64,000 nt of DNA from Octopus vulgaris (lineage: Eukaryota): assembly GCA_951406725.2 (NCBI GenBank), contig OX597814.1, positions 68,820,001 to 68,884,000 of the forward strand, in the 5' to 3' direction. The notes under the pieces were generated by a model, which was given only the letters and a program-made list of their open reading frames with translations, made no database searches and was not told the DNA's origin. The translations under genes were made by a program, and so were the position numbers. This document shows, in pieces, positions 30,948 to 45,249 of this stretch (the first letter of the stretch is position 1; the number at the start of each line of letters is the position of its first letter).

Positions 30948-31199
30948 TACTATATGTGTCAAACTTACCTTATGAATACGCACACCAATATATTTTCAGT
31001 TGAACAAAATTACGGAAACATTTATTCGGTGAAAATGTACTTTATGTTTTTATTTTCATGCATTTAAAAACATACAATAAAACTCTTTTCCTTTTACGTT
31101 AAAAAATTAAACTTGCTTTAATTTCACAAAAAATTTATGTATATAAAAAAATTACGCATTTTCATCATTTTCCCGTTTTTTTTTTTCTGCATATTGTTT

Positions 31200-31480
31200 G
31201 TTCCTTCTCGAACCATGCCTGGCTCATAAGGACCGGTTTTCCGGTTTCATTGGCGTATAGGTTCCCCATCTGAATGGGACGCCGGTCCGTCGCAGGTGAG
31301 CTGCTAGATGCAGGAGAAAAGAGTGAGAGAAAGATGTGGTGGAAGAGTCAACAGAAGTTCGCCATTACCTTCTGCTGGAAGCCACGTAGAGCTTATGTTT
31401 TTCGCTCATTAACCCACACATCGCCCAGTCTGAGATTCGAACCCGAGTCTGCTACTCTAACCACTAAGCCATATGCCTCC
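31200..31480 (-). mobile_element. tRNA-derived SINE, degenerate
   Basis: Minus strand begins GGAGGCATATGGCTTAGTGGTTAGAG (A box) and continues GGGTTCGAATCTC (B box). Confidence 0.65.
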
Positions 31481-33638
31481 ACAATTTTCCCGTATATATA
31501 TATATTCTGTCGATCTCAATTTTTATCTTGCAGTTGTCTTGTGCAGAAAATCATGTAGATTGTGCGACGAGAAGTATTAACCTTATTCGCAATGATCTGG
31601 AGCCATGCAAATATTTTTTGCGTTACTACTATTCCAGGATAATTCTCACGATCATAACTACATCCGTGGTACTCGACAGTTCTTTTCATACTTTTAAAAT
31701 TAGAATGAAAATCCTGGTTTCCATAGGTTGTCCCCAAAATTTCAGTAATTCAAGCGGGCATTATCTTGAACTGAGTATTTTCATGGTTGTATATTCATAC
31801 ATAGTTGGACACGATTCAGTATCGATATAAAATGTTCATTCCAGATTCCGTGGATATTTTGTGGGTCTGACAGTTTGTTGGTATTTTCTGAAGTTAGAGG
31901 CTTATATGTTTATATTCGTACTAGGTCCGTGAATTTATTTCCTTCTGGTAATGAAGTTTTTGACACCACTGGGTTTGAAGCTCCAATTGTTGCCTCCAAT
32001 TGTACTGTATTTCTCTGAATTGTTTTGACATTGGCATTTAAATATTTTGTAACAAATCTTTTGAAGTCTACATCTTGGGTTATGATGGTGTGACATCGAT
32101 AAAATGCTTGACATTTTTATTTTTGTTGTGTCTGGGGAGAGTCATTTTCTTTTTGTGCCTTAACATACTGGTAAAATTTCCACTTATTTTTATTTTCCTA
32201 AAATTTTCGTTGCGTCTTGCAACCTTTTCAATAGTCTTTACTCTGTGCGTTATTTACACTGCGTTCCCAGACATAACAGAATATGCTTCAACACACGAAC
32301 TCATATAAAGAATCTTGCAAACCAAATCCAAAAACTAAATATTTAAATTTTTGTTGTCATGAAACTTATTTTGACACCTCTTTATAACTAGACATTTTTG
32401 TTATCCCTATGATAGTATTTCGAATTGATTGCGTTTCTTCATATAGGGGCTTGGAACTGAGTTCTCCGCGAATAGTTGTTTGAAAACTGTTTCTGAAGTG
32501 TATTGCCGTCAACTATCTTTTGGTTTATCTCAAATAATGATCTTCAGACGTATGAAAACAAATGGAATTCTGCCTAGCAGTCATCAGCACTGGGAGCCGT
32601 TCGGGTGAAGAAGATATCTATCTTTGTCACGTTATTGGATGGTTGTGTAATCCAGAATTTGCTAGTTTCTGAAGTGAAGATGCATCCAAGTGATCTTAAA
32701 TCGGGTGATATGACGAAACTGATTGTAAAAAAAAGAATAACCGGTGCAGAGATCAAGGAAGAGACGCATTTTAGAATTACAGTTTACAATATCTTCGTTA
32801 TTGGTATTATCTTCCCATATCGGCTGGTACAGTGAAATATCCTAAGAGTAGAATTTTATTTTTTAGCAGTCCTTTCAAAATGACACTACTCAGTTGTAGG
32901 TAAAATTGTTTTTTCGCATTGTCTTTGGCATCAAGCAATGGAGCATAAACTGAGATGAGCTTGTCTTTAGGAAACGGTATACAGAGAGCTATAAGTTGTT
33001 CATTTGTAGCAACTAGAGTTAGTTCATGGTTTCGATTAAATTATCGTTATGGGAATGACCTAAAATTATGCTTGTTTTATTTCGTTCTGTATTGCTTTTG
33101 AAATTATGGAACAACTTGTAACTATTCTCGCTTCTGTTTTAGATCACTTTTGAACTTTTGTGAAAAACTTTTTTATGAAATAGATACTTCGATACTTCGA
33201 TACTAATGCGTTTACACACAAAACTACACCATTATCGATATGGAAATGAACTGTAATTATTCTTCTGTTATTTTGTTCTGTAATACTTTCGAAATTATGT
33301 AAAAGCATTTAGTGAAATTTGATAAAATAATTTAGTATTTTGAAAAGGTCGAATTAAAACACTCTTTTGTTATATTTTGTACGAAGGTTATACTAAAAGT
33401 AATGCAAATATAGGCATAACAGTTTTTAATAACTCACAAGTCGTTGAAATTATACATGTTGATAGAATTACCATATCTCTTTACAAAGATATTTGAAGCC
33501 GATATTCTAACGATCACTCATGCAAAAGATTCTGATAGCAAGAGTGGATTTCCTGCGAAATTGGCTTGGTCTTCTGTCTTGCTTTACGAAACTTCCGTTG
33601 CATAATGCTACTTTAAAACTTACATATATGCGTGTTGT

Positions 33639-33673
<35 letters not shown>

Positions 33674-34129
33674 TACAAGAGACACTGGGAACTATGTCAC
33701 TGACATGTTTGAGTGAGAATTTTTCTATTTACCCTAACATATTCTCTAAGTTCAGTAATCCCATTCTTATCGTTCATCTACCTTCTCACCTCAAATTCCC
33801 CCCCCACACACACACACACCTCACCATCACAAGCTTCACTGTTTCTTTTTATTTCAATTTCCTTCTTCCTTTCTCACCCAGTGTCTTTCTCTCTCCCAAA
33901 ACATCCTGTCAACGAACAAACTTCATGTTGTTTTGTGTTCCACATAAGTTGCAGCCCGATAATCAAGCAAAGAGGATGTAAAGTTATGATGCCTTTTAGT
34001 TATTCTCCTCTTGGCAATACTAAAATGGAAAAGGACACTACCAGAAACATAAGACAAATAATACATGTCTTCCCGACACAGACCGCCACTAGTTTCCTAA
34101 GAATTTAGTTCAATCATATATGTATATAT

Positions 34130-35275
34130 ATAATCAAGATAAGCAACAGGATATCAAGAAGTGATACAGTACGACCGTTTCAAGCGACTCCATTTAATTG
34201 AACAATGCAATCATTACATCAATTTAAATGCAGGGCTATCATCATCTGCACAAATAAATAGAATTTTAATCGGTCGGACACATTAATATAACTTTTCTCA
34301 AATATCTTAACACTGCAAGAAGATGGAAGAAATCCATGCTGTCGCTATTGTAGCTAAGAATATACTACACTTCCAAGAAAGGCATGAAGCTTACTGGGGT
34401 CATAACTTGTAAAGGATTGTGATTCATTTCTAATTTATTTGTCTTTTTATCAACTACTAAATCTAAGACTAGAGAATTGTGTCTGTTTGGAATAAAGGGC
34501 AAGAGTGAGTTGACAGTTCATGGCTAGGTATGGTCATAAAAATTGTCAAGATTTTAAGAGTAGTAAATTGTAAATTGGGTATAAAGTAACTGTCTATAAA
34601 GGAGGCTGGGTATGAGAAGTCTTTAAATCATGATGTTAATTACCAGTTAAAGGGGCAAGACGCTAATAAAACCTATGATGTTAATACAGAGGAAATTTTA
34701 TCATGGGTGCTATGGGTGATTGTTTATAAACAATATTGTTATGTTGTATAAATATAAAATTTAAGATTATCAAAAATGATATCATAACCAAGATAGGTAA
34801 AATGTATATATATATATATATAAATTTTCAACATTAAAAAGGAAAGATTACATAGAATCAGTTTAATATTCATTCATGTACTTAATTATTTACTTATTAG
34901 GTGGTTTCTATAAAAACTGCTCTGGGCATTTACTTATGGAATACTGGAAAGATAAACATGCTGTTTATATATTAATTATAACCCAAGAATCAGCAAAGGA
35001 TAAAGTATCTGAGTAAAATTATATTAACGTGTCCGACTGATTAGAATTCTATTTATTTGTGCAGCTGATGACAGCCCTGCATTTAAATTGATGTAATGAT
35101 TGCATTGTTCAATTAAATGGAGCCGCTTAAAACGGTTGTATTGCATCACTTCTTGATATCCTGTTGCTTATTTTGATTTTATTCACCTTATTCGAGCTGT
35201 GCGAATAATACCGGACTGACTTGGTGCTTCAACTTAAGTACCTAATTCAACTGAATCTCAATTATTCATTTCATA
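34130..35275. repeat. Inverted pLTR-like pair, each copy with an elongated-helix-II HHR (34165-34250 minus, 35060-35145 plus)
   Basis: ~34130-34290 is inverted at ~35020-35178. HHR reads TGCAG-CTGATGA...CATTTAAATTGA...TCAATTAAATG...(G/A)AAAC-GGT(C/T)-GTA. Related fragment at 24460-24670. Confidence 0.75.
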
Positions 35276-35296
35276 TATATATATATATATATATAT

Positions 35297-38200
35297 AGAA
35301 AGGATAAATCAACACCCACAGCATAGACACTGCAACCTTATCCCCACCCAAAAGAGTTACCAACGAAATCTTCGTCCCATCAACCGGTTAAACAACCATG
35401 CACAACAAACCCACACCACTTGCAATGATTACCAACGAAGGCCTCCTAGAACACCACACCCGAATATGGGATATCGGGATGCTCTCCTCAATACTGTTCC
35501 AAGAACACACACCATAAATTACAACAGGAGACCCCACATCAACAAAGAACAACTATATAATAGCTACCGTCCCAACCACCGCATTCATTTTTTAGACCCA
35601 ATACGCAAACACAGAGACACAAGATAGCACCAAACAAGCAGGAGGAACCAAAAGTAATAAAAATTATCAATCTAACTCACAAGGAACTAACAGCAAACCA
35701 AATAAACATACTATCCAAAGGACTCAAGTTTACACCCACCCCACAACACCCCAACTACAATGAAATGAAAGAAGACATCGCAGAATTCTGCAGAAAATAA
35801 GGACTTACTGAGGAGCTATACGATAAATACAACAAGGACGAATCGTTAACTACACCCCCTCGAAAGGTAAGAACAGAACACTCGATGATTTCTGTGACCA
35901 CATATCAAATTACCCATATCAACATATGCACAAACAAAAACACAAACCAAACTTCAGCAAAAAAGAATGGGCTGAGCTGAACAAATTAAAACAAGATAAA
36001 ACAATAACAACCAAAGAGGCCGATAAAGGGAGTGCTGTTGTCTTAATGGATACGACATTTTACATAACTTTGGTACTTTCTATGCTGGAAGACACAACAT
36101 ACTATGAAAAGGCACAAAACTACAGTCAACAAAAAATAATGAGGGAACTAAAATCCATGTTAAACCCATACAAAGCAGGGCTCACCGACAAAGAATATGA
36201 TTATATGACCAATTTCACAAGTAAAACCAGCCAATTCTACGGTATACCTAAGATCCACAAAAGTGAGAAACTAAGCAACGCATGCAAGATAGCTACAGAC
36301 AAAATAATTAAAGTCCCTAATCCTAATGACCTCAAATTGAGACCCATAATAGCAGGTCCCGCATGCGAAACCCACGGCCTCAGTAACTTTTAGACACCCT
36401 GTTAAAACCACTCCTCAAACATGTCAAAAGCTATATAAGGGACGACTTAGATATGCTCAATCACCTACCGAATACTATAAACAAAAACACCATACTGGTA
36501 TCCTTCGATGTAGTCAACCTCTACTCCAATATCCCCCACAACCTAGGACTAGAGGCAATCCAATTCTGGCTAGAGAATCACGCCAACGAACAACCACACC
36601 GCATCAAAAAAGAATTCGTGATAGAAGGGGTTAAATTCATCCTGGAAAATAACTTCTTCGCTTTCAATGACAACTTCTACCGACAAAAATCGGGGACTGC
36701 GATGGGTACACGAATGGCCCTCTCCTTTGCCAACCTAGTCATAGGATATCTAGAGATCAGTCTGTATCGTAAGGTTCTAGAAAGATATGGCAGCCCTTTC
36801 TCCATCTACATAGAAAACAACTGGAAGAGATATCTAGATGACTGTTTCATTCTTTGGCATAAAAATATAGAAAAACTCATAGAATTCCAGGAAATTTTAA
36901 ACGGACTGGACGTAAACATCCAATTCACGATGGAATATAGCCAGCAACAACTCCCCTTCCTCGATATCCTCATTAAGAAAGCTAATAATATAATAGAAAC
37001 AGACATATATTATAAGCCTACAGACTCTAAGCAATATCTTCCATTCAATTCATGCCACCCCAGACACACCAGGATGAATATCCCCTTCAATCTAGCAAAA
37101 AGGATATGCACTATAGTCTCTAACGCAAACACCAGAGACACACGACTACAAGAACTAAAAGATACCCTTATCACCAGGAACTATCCACCTTCACTTATTG
37201 ACAAGTGCATTCAACGTGCCCTTCAACTTAACATCAAGGAACTGAGACATCCCAAATCAAAGAAAAACTTACAACCAAAAGCCTTACCATGCATCTCCAC
37301 ACACAACCCTCTCAATAACGAAGCCTTCGGCACCATCCTCCACAACATACCCCTCCTAAAAAAAGACCACAGAATGAACACAATCCTCCAAACACACACG
37401 ATCATAAAAAGCAAGAGACAGCCTAAATCCATGAAAAGTCTTCTAACACAAGCCCGAATTCACTCTTCAACACAGAAGCCGACAGTAAAAAAATGTGGAA
37501 GACCCAATTGCGGGATATGCGACTATCTAATTGAGGGATCAGAGTTCTCCTTCAAACAGGGACAACGGTTTACAGTGAAAAGCAACTTCACATGTGCTTC
37601 GGAGAACCTAATATACTCACTAACCTGCTCCGGGTGTCAAGAGCAGTACATAGGCCAAACAAAAAATAGTTTGCGTAAACGAATGGCCCTGCACAGATCC
37701 CAGATAAAAATTCCCCAAAACAGAAAAATAGCTTTTAGCCAACACATAGATACTTGCGCCAACAAAAAAAACACCAAGCTTCGGGATTTTCCCCCTCTTT
37801 CAATTTAGGGACGATACAACCTCGAGACAACGAATAAGTAAAGAAACTCTCTTTATTACAAAATACAGACAAACAATTAATATACCTCAACTTTAGAATA
37901 AAAGAAATATACACACACAAATATTACATTCCAAAGAATCCATTACTAATCAGCCCCAATCACAGCTATACTCCATAACATGCCAACTTCAAGTCATACA
38001 ACACCTCACTACTTTCACCCATTCATATTCTCCCTTCTCTGTTTTTTTCTTCTTCTTCCTCTTCTTCTTCATCATCATCATTATCATCATCATCGTCGTC
38101 ATCATCATCACCACCATCATCATCATCATCATCATCTTCTCCTTCTCCTTCTTCTTCTTCTTCTTCTTCATCATCAACATCATCAACATCGTCATCTTCT

Positions 38201-38692
38201 TCTTCTTCTTCTTCTTCTTCTTCTTCTTCTTCTTCTTCTTCTTCTACTTCTCCACCTTCTACCTCTTAACTTTGTCACTAATGCTTTTTAGTATAACACC
38301 TACGCAAATTCCATAAACAAGCTTTTCAATAGAAATATTCTCCTGAATTGAACTGTGACTGCTAGCCGCCACTGACCATTCAAAATACGACCATCAGGGC
38401 ACTCCCAGATTTTCCCACCCCCTCTCCTCATCAGCCTTCTTCTTCTTCCACCCTACCAAGAACTCACAACGACCTCGAACACACAAGTGCAAGGGAGTCA
38501 GAGAAAGGCAGAATGCCACTTATATCTGAACACTACTATAGAAATATTCCTTTAAAAAAACTTTTCTTCTAATTTTTCTAAATTTAATTATTTAATCGTT
38601 ACAGTTGAAAAGGTCTCAAAATGACCTAAACCGGTACTGAAATGTTCACTATAAAATTATTTTAGCATTTTCTATTTTAACTTGTTTTTTCA
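35297..38692 (+). mobile_element. Near full-length Neptune-like PLE (RT plus GIY-YIG) with a few disruptions
   Basis: LSKGLKFTPTP (~35710), EADKGSAVV, FYGIPKIHK, LRPIIAG, SFDVVNLYSNI, GTAMGT, RYLDDCF, KCGRPNCGIC, LIYSLTCSGCQEQYIGQT. Degenerate HHR-like motif near 38600-38640; (TA)n on both sides. Confidence 0.92.
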
Positions 38693-39006
38693 TATATATA
38701 TATATATATATATATAAGCACACACACACACACATTTGTGTATTTGTTTCGCGAGATCCCTGATTTTAAATTGTGAGTTGAAACAGATATTGTTATATTT
38801 CGTAATCGTCGTATTTATTTTGCAAAATAAACACACGCACAATATATTCGTTCAGCTTTTTTATTGTTCTTATTTTAGTGTCCTTTATCTGAAATTTTCC
38901 GTCACATATACTGTGACATCTTCAGTGACTCTCCAGGCCACATGTCTACTCCTGATAATAGAAATTAATGGAACGAAGACATTGATACATATACATGCGC
39001 GAGCGC

Positions 39007-39044
<38 letters not shown>

Positions 39045-39400
39045 GTGATCTCTTGAGCACCACCAGCAAAAAATTTTTTTCCTCTGTCTTCCCTTCTCGG
39101 GATCTTTCCTTCTCCTTTGTTTCCGACGATGAGCTCCGCTCGAAACGTTAAACCCTCCTTCCCTTCTTTCCTGAGCGTCAAATAATACTTTAATTGTTCC
39201 ACGTCCTCGCGTTGCTGTGTTTTTTTCTGTTTTCTTCTTTGGATTAACTTTATATATAACTTTTAGTCTCCATCTACTAATTCCACTCACAAGGCTTTGG
39301 TTTGCCCGAGCCTACTGTAGAAGGCATTGCCCAAGATACCATGCATGTATATTATACATACATACAAGCATGTGTGTATATATATATGTGTGTGTGTGTA

Positions 39401-39940
39401 TTCAAATAATGATTAGAAACAGTGCTAGTGTTGTAAACATTATCGAACACACATACTCAATGCATATGTTTTGCTTGTTCGCTGGTAGGCTGCAATTTGA
39501 AGCAGTGAAGATGACTCCCTCAAAGCGCCGTGTGTTAAAACTCCTGAAATCTCATTCAGGAGCGATGGACATCGATGTTTCGTTATTATTGTGCCTTATC
39601 AGCATCACGTGCCTGAACTGAATCAGAGGCGCACTGAATAACCTGCACATGACTATATGCAAGACAGCATATCCAATGCAAGCGGTTAGCTTGTTTGATG
39701 GTGGACTGAACATGGCACGGCGGAGATAACTCTCTCAAAGAGCTGGGTGTAAAAAAAATACCTGAAAGTCATACACAGGCGAGACAATTCACCCCAAATC
39801 CCATTCATAAGCAACAATACCCGGCGCTTTGAGAGTCATCTCTACAGCATTAAATCGCAGCCTACCGGCAAACAACCTGAGCATATACTTTGAGCATAAG
39901 CATGTTGACAACACTAGCGCTGTTTCTAATTCATATTTGA
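39401..39940. mobile_element. Old MITE or inverted-repeat element
   Basis: ATTAGAAACAGTGCTAGTGTTGT...TGGTAGGCTGCAATTT is inverted as AAATCGCAGCCTACCGG...ACAACACTAGCGCTGTTTCTAAT. Confidence 0.6.
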
Positions 39941-40821
39941 ATTTATCCCTATGTATGCATCATCGGGTTTTAACGCATATGCACATATACATATCTGCAG
40001 TCACTAGCATTTCTACTTCCCCGCGAACAACTGACCACTTCTCTTTCGAGGTGAATTTAAAATACTACCATGCTCATTAATTATGAACCCGAAATACTGG
40101 ATTTAAGCTCCGGCAGGACATTCGGAAAAGTAACCTACTTCACTCGTCTCCCCAGATAAGATGGGATGAGTTATGTTCAACACAAAAGATGTGTTGCATT
40201 TTTGTTATTGTTGTTGTTCTTCTTCTTATTTTTCTTCTTCTTCTTCTTCTTCTTCTTCTTCTTCTTCTTCTTCTTCTTCTTCTTCTTCTTCTTCTTCTTT
40301 GCCGTCTCCTTCGGCTGCTGCTGCTTTAGTCATCAAACTTCAGAACCAAACATTTCTCTGCACCCATAAACATTATTTCTTCAGATCTGCTACCACCTAC
40401 TGAGCCTTCACAAAGGAAAAGAGAGAGAGACAGAGACAGAAAAAAAGGAAACTGTCCTACCTATTTGAAGACTATGGAAATATTTACAAAACATTTCATT
40501 TAACTTTTCTTCAATTTAATTGTTCTTCTTATTTTACTCTTAGCTGAAACAGTAAAAAAGACGGAAACTGGAACTAAACATTACTAAATGTACTTCATGA
40601 TAAAATCATTTTAGCATTTTCTACCTTGTCTTATTTTCCTTATACATATCAACACGTGTGTTACTTTTCAACCTTCTACACACACACACAAACACATACA
40701 CACACTCGCATATATGTATTCATCTGTTAGTCCTTTCGGGGACGATGAAATAAGTACCACTTGAAGACTGGGTCGATGTAATCGACTCTTCCCCTAAGCT
40801 GCCCTTGTGGAAAAATTTGAA

Positions 40822-40840
40822 ATAATAATAATAATAATTA

Positions 40841-40895
<55 letters not shown>

Positions 40896-40927
40896 CATTA
40901 TTATTATTGTTATTATTATTATCATCA

Positions 40928-40995
<68 letters not shown>

Positions 40996-41011
40996 GTTAT
41001 TATTATTATTA

Positions 41012-41088
<77 letters not shown>
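40822..41088. repeat. (AAT/ATT)n microsatellite, shared tail of a SINE 3' end (40735-40822) and a Dong-like LINE
   Basis: Long ATT array, which explains the poly-N/I/L ORFs. Confidence 0.9.
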
Positions 41089-41090
<2 letters not shown>

Positions 41091-41300
41091 TGAGTCTTAT
41101 TTTTATTATGTACTTTCACTGCACTACCAAGCGCAGCTGTCTGTGCCTTGGATATGTGCTGTGGTTTATTGTAGTGCTCTTATTTTCACTTTATTGAAAG
41201 TGTTTCACGTAGGATGTGTGCGGTGCCTAGTAGTGCTATTTTCTGTGTGCTATATATACTTGTAAGTCCTGGTGTTTTTATAGTGGAATTTACATAGTGG
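41089..41300 (-). mobile_element. Extreme 3' end of an R4/Dong-like LINE ending in (AAT)n
   Basis: Minus strand translates TPGLTSIYSTQKIALLGTAHILRETLSIK*, then ~100 nt of UTR and (AAT)n. Confidence 0.7.
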
Positions 41301-42393
41301 AGGATGTGGTTTCATTTTCTTTTTTTAACATTTTCTTCTGTTTCTCCTGAAATGTGTTGTCATTGCTGTTAGTAATGTTGCTGTTACTGCTGCTAATGAT
41401 TTTGTTGCGGTTGTTGTCGTTGTTGTTGTTGTTGTTGTTGGCTTCTTCACTTTATTCATTTTGTTCCACTTCAAGTTATTTGTTGACAGAATTGGTTTTC
41501 AAGAATTCTCTGTTGAAATATTTCGCCTTGTGAACAATTTCAACGTCACCTTCAAGTATGTACGCATGTATGTACTTATATCCAGGTGCATCTCTGTGTA
41601 TACACATATGTCTGGGTGTGTGTAGGTGAGTGTGTATGTGTTTCTGAGTCTGTATATATAAACACATGCATGCATACGTGTATATATAAGCTCATATATG
41701 TGTGTATATATGTATGTTATCTTCTATATTTAATCACTTGAATTCTTCCTCTAAAGGAGCTGGTTTCTAACAAACTTTCAAAGCTCCATCGTTGGAATGT
41801 AGAAACCAAAAACAATGTCACTTTACATATTTTTACTGTCCCACTTATAGACTGTTTTTGTAAGGCGCGCGCTGGTTGATTTCTTTTTCTGAAAACCCCA
41901 GCTTATGCAGATTGTCATTTTGGCATTTGCTCACAGAACTAAGTGCACCGATTATTAAGGGTATGAATGTAACTTAAAATCTAGATTTAGAAACTGGAGA
42001 TTTCGAAACAGTTGTCAACAGTTATCCTCTTTCTCTTTGATTTTGAAAAAGTTATTCACATCAGTACGACAGCTGACCTCTCTACGATATATACATTTTC
42101 ACGTCTGCCCCAAACAGCAATATCCGGTCTGTTATGCTTACACTTAACAGATGTTTTGATGGAAATGTTCCACTAGTTTTCCTTGTGTTGATGTTTGTGT
42201 ATGTATTCACTAACAGGGGGGGGGGTTCTCTGTATTTATTCCAGGTCAGTCTTTTTTCTGAATGGCTTTGTATATGATTTTTGTCACCTTGACGACGTGT
42301 TTGGAAAACTGCTGATCATTACGTCTGATGTTTTTCACAGCTCTTTCCCTCTCTCCTCTCTCTCTCTCTCTCTTCCTCTCTCTCTCTCTCTCA

Positions 42394-42430
<37 letters not shown>

Positions 42431-42454
42431 TCTCTCTCTCTATATATATATATA

Positions 42455-42994
42455 CAGGGTCAGGCAAAATGATCTGACACATTTGTAGGTTAAATAAAAG
42501 GCAAATGAAGTAAAGAAACAAAAAAGTGTTTTTATTTTTGAAAAGTACATATAATGCCATTTTGTTTCATTATGTTTTAAAAATTAAATCAGTCAAATGG
42601 GATCCATTATTGTCCACACACTGTCGAAGGCGTTCACGAAAGTTGTCAATAACTCGGCGGGTCATTTCATGTGGAATGGCAGTAATTTCTTGTCGAATTG
42701 CATCTTTAAGTTGTTCAATAGATTGAGGGCGATTAATGTATACCTTTGACTTGAGGTATCCCCAGAGAAAGAAATCGCATGAAATGACCCGCCGAGTTAT
42801 TGACAACTTTCGTGAACGCCTTCGACAGTGTGTGGACAATAATGGATCCCATTTGACTGATTTAATTTTTAAAACATAATGAAACAAAATGGCATTATAT
42901 GTACTTTTCAAAAATAAAAACACTTTTTTGTTTCTTTACTTCATTTGCCTTTTATTTAACCTACAAATGTGTCAGATCATTTTGCCTGACCCTG
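42455..42994. mobile_element. Foldback element built from the 3' end of a Tc1/mariner transposon
   Basis: Perfect 217-bp arms at 42455-42671 and 42778-42994 with TA|CAGGGTCAGG termini. Minus-strand DFFLWGYLKSKVYINRPQSIEQLKDAIRQEI...RLRQCVDNNGSHL. Confidence 0.88.
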
Positions 42995-44013
42995 TATATA
43001 TATATATATATAGGTGAGCAGAGTTATCGGTTGCAGTAACCGTCTAAGGGATAATAGTATCCGTATTTACTATCGGTATCAATTACCTATACTATCCCTG
43101 GGCATGGGTATGCAGGCACACTATGCTTATAGGGTCCACGTACCAACAGAATAAACAAAAGTTTAGCAGGAATCAAATTTAAATAATCAGAAAAGGGAGA
43201 AAACATTTGATCAACAAAGAACCAAATTGAACCACATCAGTTGATTAATTGAACCATACCAGTTGATTAGTTGAACCATACCAGTTACGTACAGGGGTCG
43301 ATGTAATCAACTTAATCCCGTAGGCTGTCCTTGTTTGTACCCTCTTTCTTTAGCCCCCTGTGGGCAATAAAGAAATAAATATCCAATATGCTACTGGATG
43401 TATACCTATTTATATCCAAATGCTTACTGTTGCAAGGCAATAGTGCAATTGAATAAAAAAGTACAAGTGGAGGTAAACAAAACTTTAACCAGAATTTATA
43501 AGGCAAGGAAGAAAATGAAGAAGATAATTAATTGACAAACATCAGCTTGATCTATTAATTGCAATCATATGAATAAATAATTATATAAAAATAAATGAGT
43601 GAATATAACTCTACTCTTAATTAAATATTAGCTGACCAATTAAGTTGTAGGATTGACATTAGCATTACCCTACTTATCATAGGGGTATTATGAGGACAAT
43701 TTTTGTTAATAAATAATAACATATAACTTAATTTGTACCCAAATTATTTCTTCATTGATATAATTATGTTATGATTTCCCCAACTATGTTTACATTAACT
43801 AAATCTTATTGATATTGCAGTTTTTAGTTTTTAACTAATGACCCTGTTATATGGGTCATCCCATTAACCCCACCCTGTAACGTTTTATCTTTACTATCTC
43901 CTCCGTTAGACTGAAATAAGATGTGATCTTACAAACTCTGGAATTTACTTTTACTGTTTTTCACTATTTTTATTATTTTATCCTTTTTACTTGTTTAATT
44001 CTTATCATTATGG

Positions 44014-44135
44014 ACTCTCTGATAAAGCTTTGAAGTTCAATTTTTGTCCAATTTTTGTCCAATTTTTGTATAATTTTTGTATGATGCGTCAATTTTAGCA
44101 TGGTGGACCCCCAAAGTAGAAACAGCTGTAAGAGT
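44014..44135 (+). ncRNA. HHR-like motif with ~80-nt loop II and one core substitution
   Basis: ACTCT-CTGATAA-A-GCTTTG...CAAAGT-A-GAAA-CAGCTG-TA-AGAGT; lies within an inverted pair at ~43520-43620 / 44130-44240. Confidence 0.55.
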
Positions 44136-44288
44136 AGAGTTATATTCACTCATTTATTTTTTTATTTATTCATATGAGTGCAATTAATAAATAGATCTAG
44201 CTGATGTTTGTCAATTAATTATCTTCTCCATTTTCTCCTTGCTTTATATATGTGTCTGTGCCTGTGTGTGAATCTCTGTATGTATTTA

Positions 44289-45125
44289 CTAGCTGATGTA
44301 CCCGGGAATTCCCAGGAAAGCGGGGCTTATCCTTTGGTTCCTTTCTCATAATTGTTTCGCTAATCCAATAACAAAAATACAAAGTATGTAGCCATTTAAA
44401 CGGTTTTTTGTGCATTTACAGAGAACACTGAAATGTCTTGCACAGGATCTTGTTTTTAGGAATTCCCAATAAGTTATGAATACCCAAATTGTGAAATCAG
44501 TTCTGTAATGATATGAAATTAGTTACCTGATAGTAAGAATTCAAAGTAGCCCCGAAAAGGGGTTTAATGCTTTCCCAGGGTATATAGAACATAGGAGGAA
44601 ATACTAGTAAGGTATGTAAGCTAAAATTGTGAAGCATGTTACGTAATAACAGGCTAATCAGATATGAGATAATAACAATTCAAAGTAAATAACTCTGAAA
44701 AGGGCATTTGTGAGTTCCCAGAGAATATTCCCCTCAGGGGCGCTAGTGTTGTTATATTCGTAAATAAGTCACTAACCAAAATCAGTGGATCTATTATTTA
44801 GGAAAGTACTATTTACTAGTTTAAGGGTTGTACTGGATAAATTACAAAAATAACTCTAACAGTTCAAATACTAATAAATAAGTATACTCAATTTCATTTT
44901 TACCAAATAATTTAGGAAAATAAATGGGTTATTTCCCTTGGGGGCTATATATAAGGATCCCTTCCAGGGGCAGTGTTATTATCGATTCTTTTCAATAATC
45001 TGAGTATACCATGAGATTTCCAGGCATGATTTCTAGTCACGTGTCAAGTTTCATCAAAATCGATAAAACGATGTAGGCGCTGTTAGCTAACAACTCCACA
45101 AACACATCCACAGACAGAATTTCAT
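44289..45125 (-). mobile_element. Non-autonomous Helitron-like element
   Basis: Minus-strand 3' end CTAG|T preceded by hairpin CCTGGGAATTCCCGGG. The other end has AAGTTTCATCAAAATCG...CACAGACAGA, typical of invertebrate non-autonomous Helitron/HINE-like repeats. Internal degenerate tandem repeats. Confidence 0.55.
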
Positions 45126-45176
45126 ACACCCCCACACACATACATATATGTGTGTGTGTGTGTGTGTATGTATGTA

Positions 45177-45246
<70 letters not shown>

Positions 45247-45249
<3 letters not shown>

